Part shown: one piece after another, positions 22,392 through 33,451 of the stretch
How positions within the stretch are numbered: position 1 is the first letter of the stretch
Layout: each line of letters starts with the position of its first letter
DNA from: an uncultured Acidobacteriota bacterium
Lineage (GTDB): Bacteria > Acidobacteriota > Vicinamibacteria > Vicinamibacterales > 2-12-FULL-66-21
Assembly (NCBI GenBank): GCA_963771395.1
Contig: CAVYTY010000021.1
Span: forward strand, 5,986-69,985
Direction: 5' to 3'
DNA length: 64,000 nucleotides
Position numbers and translations under genes: made by a program
The notes under the pieces: generated by a model
Seen by the model: the letters and a program-made list of their open reading frames with translations, nothing else
What the model was told of the DNA's origin: nothing
The model's database searches: none

Positions 22392-23151
22392 ATGGAGAAG
22401 CTGCTCGCAGAAGCGGTCGGTACGGCGATCCTCGTGCTGCTGGGCGACGGGGTTGTCGCCAACGTACTGCTCGCCAGGTCGAAGGGACAGAACTCGGGTT
22501 GGATCGTCATCACCGTCGGGTGGGGCGTGGCGGTGGCAATCGCCGTCTACGCCGTCGGCCGGATCAGCGGCGCACACCTCAATCCTGCCGTGACCGTCGG
22601 TCTGGCGACCTTCGGCATCGTTTCCGTGGGCTGAGGTGCCCGGCTACGTTGCCGCGCAGACCGTCGGCGCGTTCATCGGCGTCGGCACTCGTATGGCTGG
22701 CGTACTTGCCCCACTGGGCGGTTACGACCGACAAGGACGCCAAGCTGGAGTCTTCTGCACGGCGCCGGCAATCAGGGAGTGCCGGGGGCCAACGTCACGA
22801 CCGAGATCATCGGCACCGCCATGCTCGTCTTCGGTGTGTTGGCGATCGCCGGAAATGCCCAGACGGTACCCGATGGGCTCGGCGAATGAGGAGACTCTTC
22901 AACCTTGTCTTCAGCGGCGGGCTGCAACCGCTGCTCGTGGGCGTTCTCGTCCTGGGCATCGGCGTCTCGCTCGGCGGTTCGACGGGCTACGCGATCAACC
23001 CGCTCAGGGACCTCGGGCCGCGACTCGCGCACGCACTCCTCCCGATCGCCGGCAAACGCGACTCGGATTGGGGCTACGCCTGGATTCCCGTGGTCGGGCC
23101 GATCATTGGTGGGGTAGTGGAGCGGTCCTCTTTCGAGCGGTGGGGTTCTAG
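22392..23151 (+). CDS. glpF: Glycerol uptake facilitator, MIP family (frameshifts)
   Basis: [34 protein letters not shown]; upstream of glpK. Confidence 0.9.
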
Positions 23152-23316
23152 AGCGAATGCGTTGATGACGGCCTACGGCGGCCACGATGGCCGAAGGCCA
23201 CGTACTGCACCAGAGTCAGGCCTTCGTGCATCGTGCAGCGAGCCGTGAGCCCGTGCAGACGCTCACGAAACAGCTGAGTAGCAAGTTGACAGCTAAACAC
23301 AGACAACACGGAACCT

Positions 23317-24835
23317 ATGACCCAATACGTCGGAGCGCTCGACCAGGGAACGACCAGCACGCGGTTCATGGTGTTCGATGCGGGTGGCAACGAGATCGCG
23401 CGCCACCAGCTCGAGCACGAGCAGATCATGTCGCAGCCGGGGTGGGTCGAGCACGATCCGCTCGAGATTGCGGAACGCACGAACACCGTGATCGCGGGCG
23501 CGCTGCGTCACGCGAATCTATCGGCACGCGATCTGGCCGCCATCGGCGTCACGAATCAGCGCGAGACGACGGTTGTCTGGAACCCGAAGACCGGCCGGCC
23601 CTGGTACAACGCGATCGTCTGGCAGGACACGCGCACCGATCGCATCGTCAGCGCGCTCGACCGCACGCCTGCCGGCAAGATCATCCGCGAGCGCACGGGA
23701 CTTCCGCCGGCGACCTACTTTTCGGGCGCCAAGTTCCAATGGATCCTCGAGCACGTCGATGGTGTCCGCGACGCCGCGGCCCGCGGCGAGGCGGTCTTCG
23801 GGACGATCGACAGCTGGGTGATCTGGAACCTGACGGGCGGTGTGGACGGCGGGGCGCACATCACCGACGTCACGAATGCCAGCCGGACCATGCTGATGGA
23901 CCTGCGCACCCTCACGTGGGACGACGAGCTGCTGGGACTCTTTGGCATTCCCAGGGCGTCGCTTCCCGCAATCCGTCCCTCTTCGGATCGAAACGCGCTA
24001 CGGGATGACACGCCTTCACGGGCCCGTCGGCGGGGAAGTGCCGGTCAGCGGAGACCTCGGCGATCAACAGGCCGCGACCGTCGGTCAGGTGTGCACGCTG
24101 CCGGGCGAAGCGAAGAACACCTACGGCACCGGGAACTTCATGCTGCTCAACACGGGCGGCAGATCGTCCCGTCGAAGGCGGGACTCCTGACGACGGTCTG
24201 CTACAAGCTCGGCGACAACGATGCGATCTACGCGCTCGAAGGCTCGATCGCGGTGACGGGATCGGCCGTCCAGTGGCTCCGCGATCAGCTGGGGATTATC
24301 CAGTCGGCGTCGGAAATCGAAGCGCTTGCGGCGACCGTCGACGACGCGGGCGGCGCGTACTTCGTGCCGGCGTTCTCGGGCCTCTTTGCGCCGTACTGGC
24401 GCTCGGACGCACGCGGGGCCATCGTCGGGCTGTCGAGATACCACAATCGCGGCCACCTCGCGCGCGCCACGCTGGAGGCGATCTGCTTCCAGACACGGGC
24501 GGTGCTCGACGCGATGGTCGATGATTCCGGCGTCAGCCTGGAGCTCCTGAAAGTCGACGGCGGCGCGACGGTCAACGACATGCTCATGCAGTTGCAGGCC
24601 GACGTGCTGGGCGTCCCCGTCGTCCGGCCCGGTCGTCGCGGAAACGACGGCACTCGGCGCGGCGTACGCCGCCGGCCTTGCCACCGGATTCTGGAAGGAC
24701 CTCGAGGACCTGCGCCAGAACTGGAAGGCCGACAAGCGCTGGGAGCCGCGCTGGAGCGACGATCAGCGGCAGACCACGTACCGGGGATGGCAGAAAGCCG
24801 TCGAGCGCACGCTGAACTGGGTCGACGTCGGGTAA
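23317..24835 (+). CDS. glpK: Glycerol kinase (frameshifts)
   Basis: [47 protein letters not shown]. Confidence 0.96.
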
Positions 24836-24866
24836 CCGCGTCCAGTGTTGTCCGTGTTCGCCGTGG

Positions 24867-25597
24867 TTACAGTTCCTTGATCGAGATGTTGCGGAACTGC
24901 ACGAGGCTCGGCGGGCTGGTCCAGACGCCGCCTTCTTGGCGCCGTGATGCTGCAGCGCGATTGGCCCGCGTGCGGCACGCCCGGAAGCTGCGCGTTGCCG
25001 ATCACCTCCTCGCCGTTGAGCACGACGGTCAGGCGGTCGCCGCGCATGGTGATCTCGAAGGTGTTCCACTCGCCGATGTCACGGTCGGCGTTGCGCTTCG
25101 GCGTGACGCCGGCGCGCACGGCGGCGGGCATCTTGTCGTCCATGCGATAGCCATAGACCTCGCCCGAGCCGATCGGCCAGCCCCAGATGTTCACCTGCGC
25201 CTTGCTGTCCCCGCGCAGATAGATCCCCGAGTCGGAATCGGGAACGCTAATCCGGATCTCCTTGCCGTCGGCGTCCTTCTTGTGGCGTGCCGTCGGGCAG
25301 GACGATGGGCACGCTGGGATTGATGTAGGGCGTGCTCTTGATGCGCCAATCGACCTTCAGGACGAAGTTGCCGAACTCGCGCTCGCTCCAGAGCGTCTTG
25401 TCGTTGCCCGGGGCCTCGCTTTCGGCGTCGTAGTCGATGACGCCGTCGAGGACCTTCCAGTGGCCGTTGTCGCCGGCAGGGACTTTCCAGCCCGTGAAGT
25501 CCTTGCCGTTGAAGAGCGACGTGAAACCGCCCTGGGTAGTGGCGACGGAACCCGCGAGGAGTGCGATGACGGCGACGATGAGAGGTTTTGCGCTCAT
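24867..25597 (-). CDS. DUF1080 (3-keto-disaccharide hydrolase/lyase) secreted protein (frameshifts)
   Basis: Signal peptide, [44 protein letters not shown]. Confidence 0.88.
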
Positions 25598-25622
25598 ACG
25601 CCGTCTAGTCTAGGCTAAGCCG

Positions 25623-26744
25623 GTGCCGACTCGAAATGGAAAACTGGGTGTGGGCGTGTCCGGTGTCGGCTGGTGCGCATCCCAGCACATCGCCGCCTTC
25701 CTGAAGAACCCTCACGCCGCGGTGACGTGGCTGCACGGCCGTGACCTCGACCGGACACGGGCCACGCTCGAGAAGTCCCACCTGTCGCTGCCCGACGCCC
25801 GCCTGACGACGCGGTTCGAGGACCTGCTCGAGGCGCCGGATGTGGACATCATCTCGATCGCGACCCCCAACGATCTCCACGCCGGGCAGGCTGTGGCCGC
25901 CGCTCGGGCCGGCAAGCACATCGTCCTCGAGAAGCCCACCGGGCTCGACGAGCAGGAGTTGATACGGATTCGGGACGCGGTCCGTGCCGCGGGGGTGCGG
26001 ACAATCGTGTCCTTCGAGTTGCGCTACAACCCGTATCTGATGTTCGCGCGCTGGCTGCGGACGTCCGGGTGGCTCGGCGATCTCCGGTTCGCGCGCACCC
26101 AGTATCTGTCGCAGGTGACCGACTGGTATTCCGGCTGGAACTGGGTGCGCACGCGCGCGAGCGGCCGAAGCCACCTCCTTGCCGCCGGCTGCCATGCGGT
26201 GGATGCGCTGCGGTGGTGCTCGGGGCGCGAAGTCGTCGAAGTCAGCGCGTTTCATACGCACTTCACGGAGGGCTATGAGTGGCCGACGTCGATCCTGGTC
26301 AACGCGAAGCTCGACGGGGGAGCGCTCGGCCACGTGACGAGCTCGACCGACTTCATGCTGCCCTACCACTTTCTCGTGGAGATGATGGGCGATCGCGCCA
26401 CGCTGCGACAGGACCTCATCCAGACGCTCGATGGGGCAGTGGACATCGAGGCGCTGCGCGCCGCCAATCCGTTTCCCGAGGTCACGCTCCTGCCGACGGT
26501 GGACCTTCTGGGCCGCCCCGCGGTCAGGATTGACTGCCCGATGCCCGGCTCGGCCGACGTGAGCCATCATCCCTTCCAGGCCGAAATGGACGAGCTCGTG
26601 ACGTGCGTTCTCGAAGGACGAGACACGTCGCTCGACGTGTTCGATGCGCAGAAGACCATGGAAGTGTGTCTTGCAGCGGACCAATCGGCCGAGCGCGGTG
26701 GCGCGCCGGTCGCGCTGCCGCTCATTCAGGAGGCCATCACTTAG
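25623..26744 (+). CDS. Gfo/Idh/MocA oxidoreductase
   Basis: GVGWC, IATPNDLH, GKHIVLEKP, GCHAVD. Confidence 0.9.
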   Translation: MPTRNGKLGVGVSGVGWCASQHIAAFLKNPHAAVTWLHGRDLDRTRATLEKSHLSLPDARLTTRFEDLLEAPDVDIISIATPNDLHAGQAVAAARAGKHIVLEKPTGLDEQELIRIRDAVRAAGVRTIVSFELRYNPYLMFARWLRTSGWLGDLRFARTQYLSQVTDWYSGWNWVRTRASGRSHLLAAGCHAVDALRWCSGREVVEVSAFHTHFTEGYEWPTSILVNAKLDGGALGHVTSSTDFMLPYHFLVEMMGDRATLRQDLIQTLDGAVDIEALRAANPFPEVTLLPTVDLLGRPAVRIDCPMPGSADVSHHPFQAEMDELVTCVLEGRDTSLDVFDAQKTMEVCLAADQSAERGGAPVALPLIQEAIT

Positions 26745-26770
26745 AGAGGTCTGAACGGTGTCACGGGTTG

Positions 26771-26874
26771 ACGGCATCGTCACGATGGGCACGATGGCAC
26801 GATGAGCACGATGGTTTTACTCGTTCTTGTCATCGTGTCCATCGTGCCATCGTGTTCCATCGTGATGAAGCCGT
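26771..26874. repeat. Element D: inverted arms of CACGATG-core 8-10-nt repeats
   Basis: ACGGC..(CACGATG)x4, spacer, (CATCGTG)x4..GCCGT. Confidence 0.88.
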
Positions 26875-26948
26875 AGGCCCGTCGTTTTTCCGCAGCTTAG
26901 AGCACGAATCCATCACTTAACCCACGAATCGCGACGCTGAAAGCACGA

Positions 26949-27707
26949 ATGACCACTCCTCAGAAGATTGCAGTTGTAACGGGCGCCGGCAGCGGTATTG
27001 GCAAGGCGGTCTCGCTGGCGCTCGCCGCCGACGGGTATGCGGTCGTGCTGGCCGGTCGGCGCGCGGACGCGCTCGAGCAGACCGCGAGAGACGCTCAGCT
27101 GAATGCGTCGCGGATGTTGCCGGTGCCGACCAATGTGGCCGACCCGGAGTCGGTGCGGGCGCTGTTCGCAGGACGAAGGAGGCTTTCGGCAGGATCGACC
27201 TCCTGTTCAACAACGCCGGCGTCGGAGCACCGGGGATACCGCTCGATGAGCTCAGCGTGGAGCAGTGGCGGGCGGTTGTCGACACGAACCTGACCGGAGT
27301 GTTTCTTTGCACCCAGCAGGCATTCAAGCTGATGAAGAGCCAGACGCCGAAGGGCGGACGGATCATCAACAACGGGTCGATTTCGGCCTATGTCCCACGC
27401 CCGCAGTCCGCTCCCTACACCGCGACCAAGCACGCCATCACCGGACTCACCAGATCCACGTCCCTCGACGGCCGGGCGCACGACATCGCCTGCGGCCAGA
27501 TCGACATCGGCAACGCGGCGACCGATCTCGCCGCGAAAATGGCGAAGGGGGTGCCTGCAGGCCAACGGGGAGATCGCGGTCGAGCCGCTGATGGACGTCG
27601 GCCACGTCGCGCGGGCGGTCGTCTACATGGCGGGCCTGCCGCTCGAGGCGAACGTGCAGTTCATGACCGTCATGGCTACCAAAATGCCCTTCATCGGACG
27701 GGGATGA
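26949..27707 (+). CDS. SDR-family oxidoreductase (frameshifts)
   Basis: [33 protein letters not shown]. Confidence 0.92.
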
Positions 27708-27710
27708 ACA

Positions 27711-27763
27711 GGTTTCAAGGGGTTCAAGAGGTTCAAGGGGGTTCAAGGGGTTCAAGGGGTTCA
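27711..27763 (+). repeat. Element E: single arm of GGTTCAAGG 9-mer tandem repeats (~6 units)
   Basis: GGTTTCAAGG GGTTCAAGA GGTTCAAGGG GGTTCAAGG GGTTCAAGG GGTTCA. Confidence 0.88.
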
Positions 27764-27789
27764 GTCGGATGCCGCTCCAGGGATCGCCC

Positions 27790-27868
27790 CGACCGGACGT
27801 GCCTGCCCTCATGCCGTACTACCCGGGAGCTCGTCGAGGAGTTCTTCCCGGATCCGTTGCGCTGGTAG
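27790..27868 (+). pseudogene. 3' remnant of a myo-inositol oxygenase-like gene
   Basis: Allowing one extra C it reads [25 protein letters not shown], resembling the MIOX C-terminus (PDVxxLxPYYxxLIxxxFPxxLxW). Confidence 0.6.
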
Positions 27869-27961
27869 ACGAGCTGCGTTCAAAGCTGTAATCGGTCGAC
27901 ACAATTGGGATCGACGCGTCCCCGTGTCCCCGGCGTGTTCAACGAAAGCGTTCAGAACCGC

Positions 27962-27976
27962 GGGAACAGTCCTTGC
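27962..27976 (+). promoter_or_regulatory. Candidate sigma54 promoter upstream of the bactofilin gene
   Basis: GGGAACAGTCCTTGC, GG-N10-GC spacing with TTGC. Confidence 0.4.
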
Positions 27977-28027
27977 CTGACAGCCCGAGCGTCAGCCGAA
28001 GAGCAGAGCGTCCTCTTTGGAGAGACA

Positions 28028-28093
28028 AGCTCTGGTTTTCGTGGAGGCCAGCTCTAGTTTTGTGGGGAGGCCTAGCTCTAGTTTCGTAGGGAG
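28028..28093 (+). repeat. Three imperfect 22-24-nt direct repeats in the bactofilin leader
   Basis: AGCTCTGGTTTTCGTGGAGGCC / AGCTCTAGTTTTGTGGGGAGGCCT / AGCTCTAGTTTCGTAGGGAG. Confidence 0.75.
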
Positions 28094-28099
28094 TCAACG

Positions 28100-28441
28100 A
28101 TGAGCAACGGGCAGTCAATCGTGATCAAGGGCGACATTTCAGGCAGCGAGGATCTGGTCATCGCCGGGCGGGTGAACGGGAGCATCACGCTCAACGGCCG
28201 GGTCCTCACGCTCGCCGACGGATCGCACGTCGTCGGAGAGATCGAGGCGGGAACGGTCGTCGTGTCCGGGAAGGTCGACGGCAAGATAGACGCGACAGAC
28301 CGGCTGGATGTCAAGGCCACGGCGGTAGTCAAGGGGACGCTGAGCACGGCACGGCTCGTCGTCGCCGACGGCTCACAGATCAACGCCAAGGTCGAGATGC
28401 CGGCGCGCGGTGTCCAGAGGCCCAAGCTGGCCGTCGCCTGA
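28100..28441 (+). CDS. Bactofilin (polymer-forming cytoskeletal protein)
   Basis: IKGDISGSEDLVIAGRVNGSI beta-helix pattern; GGGAG RBS. Confidence 0.92.
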   Translation: MSNGQSIVIKGDISGSEDLVIAGRVNGSITLNGRVLTLADGSHVVGEIEAGTVVVSGKVDGKIDATDRLDVKATAVVKGTLSTARLVVADGSQINAKVEMPARGVQRPKLAVA

Positions 28442-28588
28442 CAAACTCCATTCGCCATTCCTCCACCTCAGTTGCGCTGTCGCTGTATCGTCCGGCAGTG
28501 GTTGCACTTCTACGCCCGCTGATCTACCGTGGACCCACGCAACGCTTCTCAGATGTCAGCTGCCTCCGAGCCTGCTCGACGAGGGATC

Positions 28589-29197
28589 ATGGCGAATCTC
28601 GAACCTGAACAGCAGGCGTCGCAACCAGCGACGATCTCACGGCGTGCGATCGTGAAGGCGCTTGGCGCGATCGCGGTGTGGCCGTATCTTTCCGACCGCG
28701 CCGCCGAGAGCTTCGCTGCCATCCAGGCGACTCAGGCGCCGCCGAAACTCTTCTTTCTCACGGCCGCTCAATACACGACGCTCGATGCGCTGACCGAGAC
28801 ACTCGTCCCAGCAGACGATCACTCGCCCGGGGCCCGGGAAGCACGCGTCGCCGACTACATCGATCTCCTCCTCGCGGAGTCAGACGACCCCACCCAGCGG
28901 GCGTGGACGGCGGGACTCGCCTTGCTCGATGCCGAGAGCCGCCGGCGGTTCAAAGAACCCTACGCGCAGCTGACCATGCCCCAGGCCACGGAACTGCTGA
29001 CGTCGATCTCCAGGAACGAAGCCAATCCCCACGCGCCGCTCGAGCAGTTCTTCAAGACGACCAAGGACGCGACCATCCGCGGGTACTACACGTCGGAGAT
29101 CGGGATCCACAAGGAACTGGAATACAAAGGCAACAGGGTGCTCGGCGAGTTCGTAGGCTGCACGCATTCTGAACACGGCTACGAGCCTGCCAAGTAG
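28589..29197 (+). CDS. Gluconate 2-dehydrogenase subunit 3 family protein, Tat signal
   Basis: ISRRAIVK, PGAREARVADYID, GYYTSEIG. Confidence 0.9.
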   Translation: MANLEPEQQASQPATISRRAIVKALGAIAVWPYLSDRAAESFAAIQATQAPPKLFFLTAAQYTTLDALTETLVPADDHSPGAREARVADYIDLLLAESDDPTQRAWTAGLALLDAESRRRFKEPYAQLTMPQATELLTSISRNEANPHAPLEQFFKTTKDATIRGYYTSEIGIHKELEYKGNRVLGEFVGCTHSEHGYEPAK

Positions 29198-29216
29198 GGC
29201 TGCGCGGAGGCTCAAG

Positions 29217-31036
29217 GTGCAACAGCAGCTCGATCGCGAGCAGCAGGTCGTCGCCGACCAGCTGGAGGCCTCCCGGAAGGCCGCGGCGTCCATCACGCCC
29301 GGTTCGGCGCAGTATGACGTGATTGTCGTCGGTTCAGGCGCGGCCGGCGGCATGGCTGCGTTTCAGCTGGCAACCGCCGGCATCAAGGTGCTCCTCCTCG
29401 AGGCGGGGCGGCTGCTCGATCCGGCGCGCGAGTATCGGACGATGGAGTGGCCGTATGCAAGCATGCGACGGGGCCGGCTGCCGGCGGACGAATACGCGCT
29501 CGGCGCCGCCGAATACAACATGATCGACCGGCCGTACGGCACCGCCGGACGGTTCGAGAAGTACCGCACCCTCCTCTCGTACTCGGCCAATACGTTCACG
29601 CACAACTGGATGGTCGACGAGAAGCAGAATCCGACGACCGGTACGCGCTACGCGTGGGTGCGGGCACGAGTGCTCGGCGGGAAGACGAACCTCTGGGGCC
29701 GCGTGGCTTTGCGGTTGTCCGACTACGACTTCAAGGCCGCCACGCGCGACGGGTTCGGCGATGACTGGCCGATCTCCTACGCGGATATCTCGCCGTACTA
29801 CGACAAGGTCGACATGCTGCTCGGCATCTCCGGCACGAGGGAGAACCTTCCGCAGTTGCCCGACAGCCTCTTTCAGCGGGGCGTGAAGCTCAACTGCGGC
29901 GAGCAGATCCTGAAGAAGGCGATCGCGAAGATGGGCCGCCATCTGATCCCGGGGCGGGCCGGGGTCACGACCGAGGGCGTCGCGAACAAGTATCGCGTTC
30001 GATGTGCCGGGCGCGGCCGCTGCGGACGCGGGTGCGACTTCAACGCCTCGATGCACTCGCCGACGGCGCTCATCTTCCCGGCGCGCGACACCGGCAACCT
30101 GACCGTCCGGCCGAACTCGACGGTCTCGGAGGTCCTGATGGATGCGCGCACCAACCGCGCATCGGGCGTGCGCGTCATCGACAGCCAGACGAAGCAGGTC
30201 TTCGACTTCAATTCGAGGGTCGTCGTGCTGGCCGCCTCCACGCTCGAATCGACACGGCTCCTCCTCCTGTCGAAGTCCGCGAGCCGCCCGAACGGCCTCG
30301 CGAACTCGTCGGGCGCCGTCGGCCATTACTTCTGCGAGCACGTCATGGGGCCCGGTGCGAGCGGCATGATGCCCACCCTGCGCGGTACGGCGATCACCAA
30401 CGACGACGGACGCCCGCAGAGCTCGTACGTCGTGCGTTTCCGGAACATCGCCGACAAGCATCCCGGCTTCATTCGTGGCTATGGCCTGCAGGGCGGCAGC
30501 GGGAGCGCCGAGTACCCCGCCCACGCCCACACGACCCCGGGTTCGGCCAGGCGTTCAAGCGGAAGGTGCGAGCAGACCATCCCGCGCCGATCAGCTTCAC
30601 CGCGTTCGGGGAGGTACTGGCCCGCAAGGAGAATCACGTCGAGCTCGACGCGGTCGCGAAAGACGCGTGGGGTATCCCGGTGCTGAAGTTCAACTACCGG
30701 TTCGGCGACAACGAGATGAAGATGGCCAGGGACATGGCCGAGACGGCGGGAGAGATGCTCGAGGCTGCCGGCGCCGAAGAGATTCGGGTTCGCGCGGACG
30801 TGCTGACCGAAGGCTGGTCGATCCACGAGCTGGGCACGGCGCGCATGGGGAACGATCCGAAGACGTCGGTGACCAACGCGTTCGGGCAGACCCACGACGT
30901 GAAGAATCTGTTCGTCGTCGACGGCAGCATCTTCGTGTCCGCGTCGTGTCAGAACCCGACCTGGACGATCCTGGCGCTCTGCTGGCGTGCCATGGATTAC
31001 CTCAAGGAAGAACTGCGCACGGGTAATCTGGCATGA
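29217..31036 (+). CDS. GMC-family flavin oxidoreductase (frameshift ~30540)
   Basis: VGSGAAGG, LGGKTNLWGR, STLESTRLLL, IHELGTARMG, NPTWTILAL. Confidence 0.93.
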
Positions 31037-31068
31037 TGGGCCGGTGGAGTGGTGCCTGAGAGGTAGAC

Positions 31069-31641
31069 ATGTCTGATGACGGAAAGCTGGACTACTACGA
31101 GATTCTGCAGGTGAGCGCGACAGCCGAGCCCGAGACGATTCACCGGGTCTATCGGCTGCTGGCGCAACGCTTCCATCCCGACAACCAGGAGAGCGGCAGC
31201 CCCGACCGGTTTCACCAGATCCACGAAGCGTACACCGTGTTGAGCGAGCCCGAACGGCGCGCCAAGTACGATGTTTCCTATCACCAGAGGCGTCAGGAGC
31301 GCTGGCGGCTCGTCGCGAGCGGCGCGCACGCGGAGAACGACTTCGAGATCGAGCAGATCGGCCGGCTGACGTTGCTTGAAGCGCTTTACACCAGGCGTCG
31401 CATGGAACCGACATCGCCGGCGCTCATGGTAACCGAGCTCGAGACGCTCATCGGCCGGCCGCGCGAGCATCTGGAGTTCACGATCTGGTACCTGTCCCAG
31501 AAGAAGTACGTGATGCGGGACGACCAGGCGCGCCTGCAGATCACGGCCGACGGAGTGGAGCACCTCGAGGAGAACTACCGCGCCAACATGCAGCGCCGCC
31601 GCCTGCAGGCCCCGGGCGACACGTCGGGGTCAGAATCGTGA
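31069..31641 (+). CDS. J-domain protein with C-terminal winged-helix-like domain
   Basis: DYYEILQV, FHPDN, EAYTVLSEPERRAKYD; C-terminus LEFTIWYL...QITADGVEHLE. Confidence 0.85.
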   Translation: MSDDGKLDYYEILQVSATAEPETIHRVYRLLAQRFHPDNQESGSPDRFHQIHEAYTVLSEPERRAKYDVSYHQRRQERWRLVASGAHAENDFEIEQIGRLTLLEALYTRRRMEPTSPALMVTELETLIGRPREHLEFTIWYLSQKKYVMRDDQARLQITADGVEHLEENYRANMQRRRLQAPGDTSGSES

Positions 31642-31752
31642 GTGGCTTTATTGGAATCGTGTCGTCGTCACGACGTAACAGGAGCTCAGGAGTTCAGGTA
31701 GAAACAAGCGTGAGGCACCGCCTGGCCCCAGCCATCGCCGAACGCCCAACGC

Positions 31753-31786
31753 AAAAAAAAGGGGGCGACGTTGCCGTCGCCCCCTT
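31753..31786 (-). terminator. Rho-independent terminator of the minus-strand oxidoreductase operon
   Basis: GGGGGCGACG-TTGC-CGTCGCCCCC stem with an A8 run on the left (U8 on minus). Confidence 0.88.
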
Positions 31787-31813
31787 GCCTTATCAGTGGC
31801 CGCCCTGCGGCGC

Positions 31814-33289
31814 TTACGACAACGACTTGGGAATCTCGAAGCCCTTGCGGTACTCGCGCGTCAGCAGCGCGTCGGCCTTCTTGTCGTCGACGAAGCGCTC
31901 GGCCTTGCCGTCGAATACCAGCGAGTGGCCCACGCGGTACGAGATGTTCGCGAAGTGGGGAAGCGCGGACGAGAGATGGCCCTCGAGCACGTCGCACGTC
32001 AGCTTCTTCGGGTCGTTCGCGCGGATCGCGTCGATGAAGTTCTGATAGTGCGGGAACTCGATGGTCGTGAGGCCGACCGGCTCGGCGCCCGGTTCAGGCG
32101 GTGTGTCGGCGCCGGGGCCCTTCTCGTTTTTCACGCCCAACGCGCCCATGTAGGACTGCCACCGGCGGCCGGTTTCGTCGATCCAGAGCCACCCCTTCGA
32201 GCCGTAGAACAGGTTGCCGATCCGCTGGCCGCCTTCATCGTTCGTGTGCTCGCCGCGCGTCCCGAACTCGAGGATCGTGCCGTCGGCGTATTCGTAGAGG
32301 GCCGTCTGCATGTCCGGCGTTTCCTGCTGCGACTCGGGGCCGAAGTAGCCGCCCATGGAGCTGATCTTGACCGGATGCTCCTGCTTGCCCAGGCCCCAGC
32401 GCGCGATGTCGAACTGGTGCGGGCCCTGGTTCCCGGTGTCGCCGTTGCCGTATTCCCACTGCCAGTGCCAGTTGTAGTGGAACCGGTTGCGGTTGAACGG
32501 CCGCTTCGACGCCGGGCCGAGCCAGAGGTCGTAGTCGACCTTGGACAGATATTGCGCGTCGTACGGAGGCAGGTACGACGTCGAGTCGACCGTAAGGGCG
32601 AACTTCTCGCCCGGTGCCATCGGGCCGTCGGGATACTTGCCAATCGAAGGCCGGGGCTTGAAACACAGCCCGCGCGCCATGTACACCTTGCCGATTCCAC
32701 CGTCCTGAATGAACTTGATCGCCGTGCGTACCGCCGGCCGGCTGCGGTTCATCGTGCCGACCTGGACGATCTTGCCGAAGCGGTTCGTCGCCTCGACCAT
32801 CTTGCGTCCTTCCCACACCGTGTGGGATGACGGCTTCTCGACGTAGACGTGCTTACCCGCCTGGAGCGCCCAGATCGTCGCGAGCGCGTGCCAGTGATTC
32901 GGGGTCGCGATGATGACTGCGTCAACGTCCTTGTCCTCGAAGACGCGACGCATGTCCTGGACGAATCCAGGCTTGTAGTCGGGAACCTTGGTGAGCGCCT
33001 TGTCGTTGACGCGCTCCGGCGCGAGGTTCGCGTCGATGTCGCAGAGCGTCTTGACGCTGACGTTCGACAGTTGGGCGAACCCGCGCTTGACGGAGTTCCC
33101 CTGGCCGCGGATGCCTATGCTGGCGACGACGACGCGGTCGTTTGCGCCGAGCACGCGACCCTGCGAGGCCGCGCTGAGACCCGGCCGCAGGAACTCCCCG
33201 CCGACCGCCAGTCCCGCGGTTGCCGCGCCGAGCCGCGCCGTAAAGTCACGCCGCGAGATGCCGTTCTGATCATGCCCGTCGTTGGCCAC
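31814..33289 (-). CDS. Tat-exported Gfo/Idh/MocA oxidoreductase
   Basis: AGGAGG RBS + GTG, ISRRDF, TPNHWH, VYVEKP, DYDLWLGPA, NQGPHQFD. Confidence 0.93.
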   Translation of the reverse strand: MANDGHDQNGISRRDFTARLGAATAGLAVGGEFLRPGLSAASQGRVLGANDRVVVASIGIRGQGNSVKRGFAQLSNVSVKTLCDIDANLAPERVNDKALTKVPDYKPGFVQDMRRVFEDKDVDAVIIATPNHWHALATIWALQAGKHVYVEKPSSHTVWEGRKMVEATNRFGKIVQVGTMNRSRPAVRTAIKFIQDGGIGKVYMARGLCFKPRPSIGKYPDGPMAPGEKFALTVDSTSYLPPYDAQYLSKVDYDLWLGPASKRPFNRNRFHYNWHWQWEYGNGDTGNQGPHQFDIARWGLGKQEHPVKISSMGGYFGPESQQETPDMQTALYEYADGTILEFGTRGEHTNDEGGQRIGNLFYGSKGWLWIDETGRRWQSYMGALGVKNEKGPGADTPPEPGAEPVGLTTIEFPHYQNFIDAIRANDPKKLTCDVLEGHLSSALPHFANISYRVGHSLVFDGKAERFVDDKKADALLTREYRKGFEIPKSLS

Positions 33290-33451
33290 GTTGACCTCCT
33301 GTTGACTCCGCTTGACTGACGAAGGCCCTCTGAAAAGGCCGAAGCATCGTAACACGGCGGGCGCCGGGCAGGCTCTGCCCTGGCTGTTTTAGGCCTGCTT
33401 TGGCGTTACCCCGGCGCCCTGCCCGGACGCGTCCCACGCGGCGCACGGGCA

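Noticed and set aside
23150..23245. Possible transporter gene remnant on the minus strand ([13 protein letters not shown]...)
   Set aside because: Short and needs two frame corrections; not supportable without a search
28028..28093. CRISPR array (also considered for 18340-18544 and 38865-39004)
   Set aside because: No unique spacers, wrong periodicity and no cas genes
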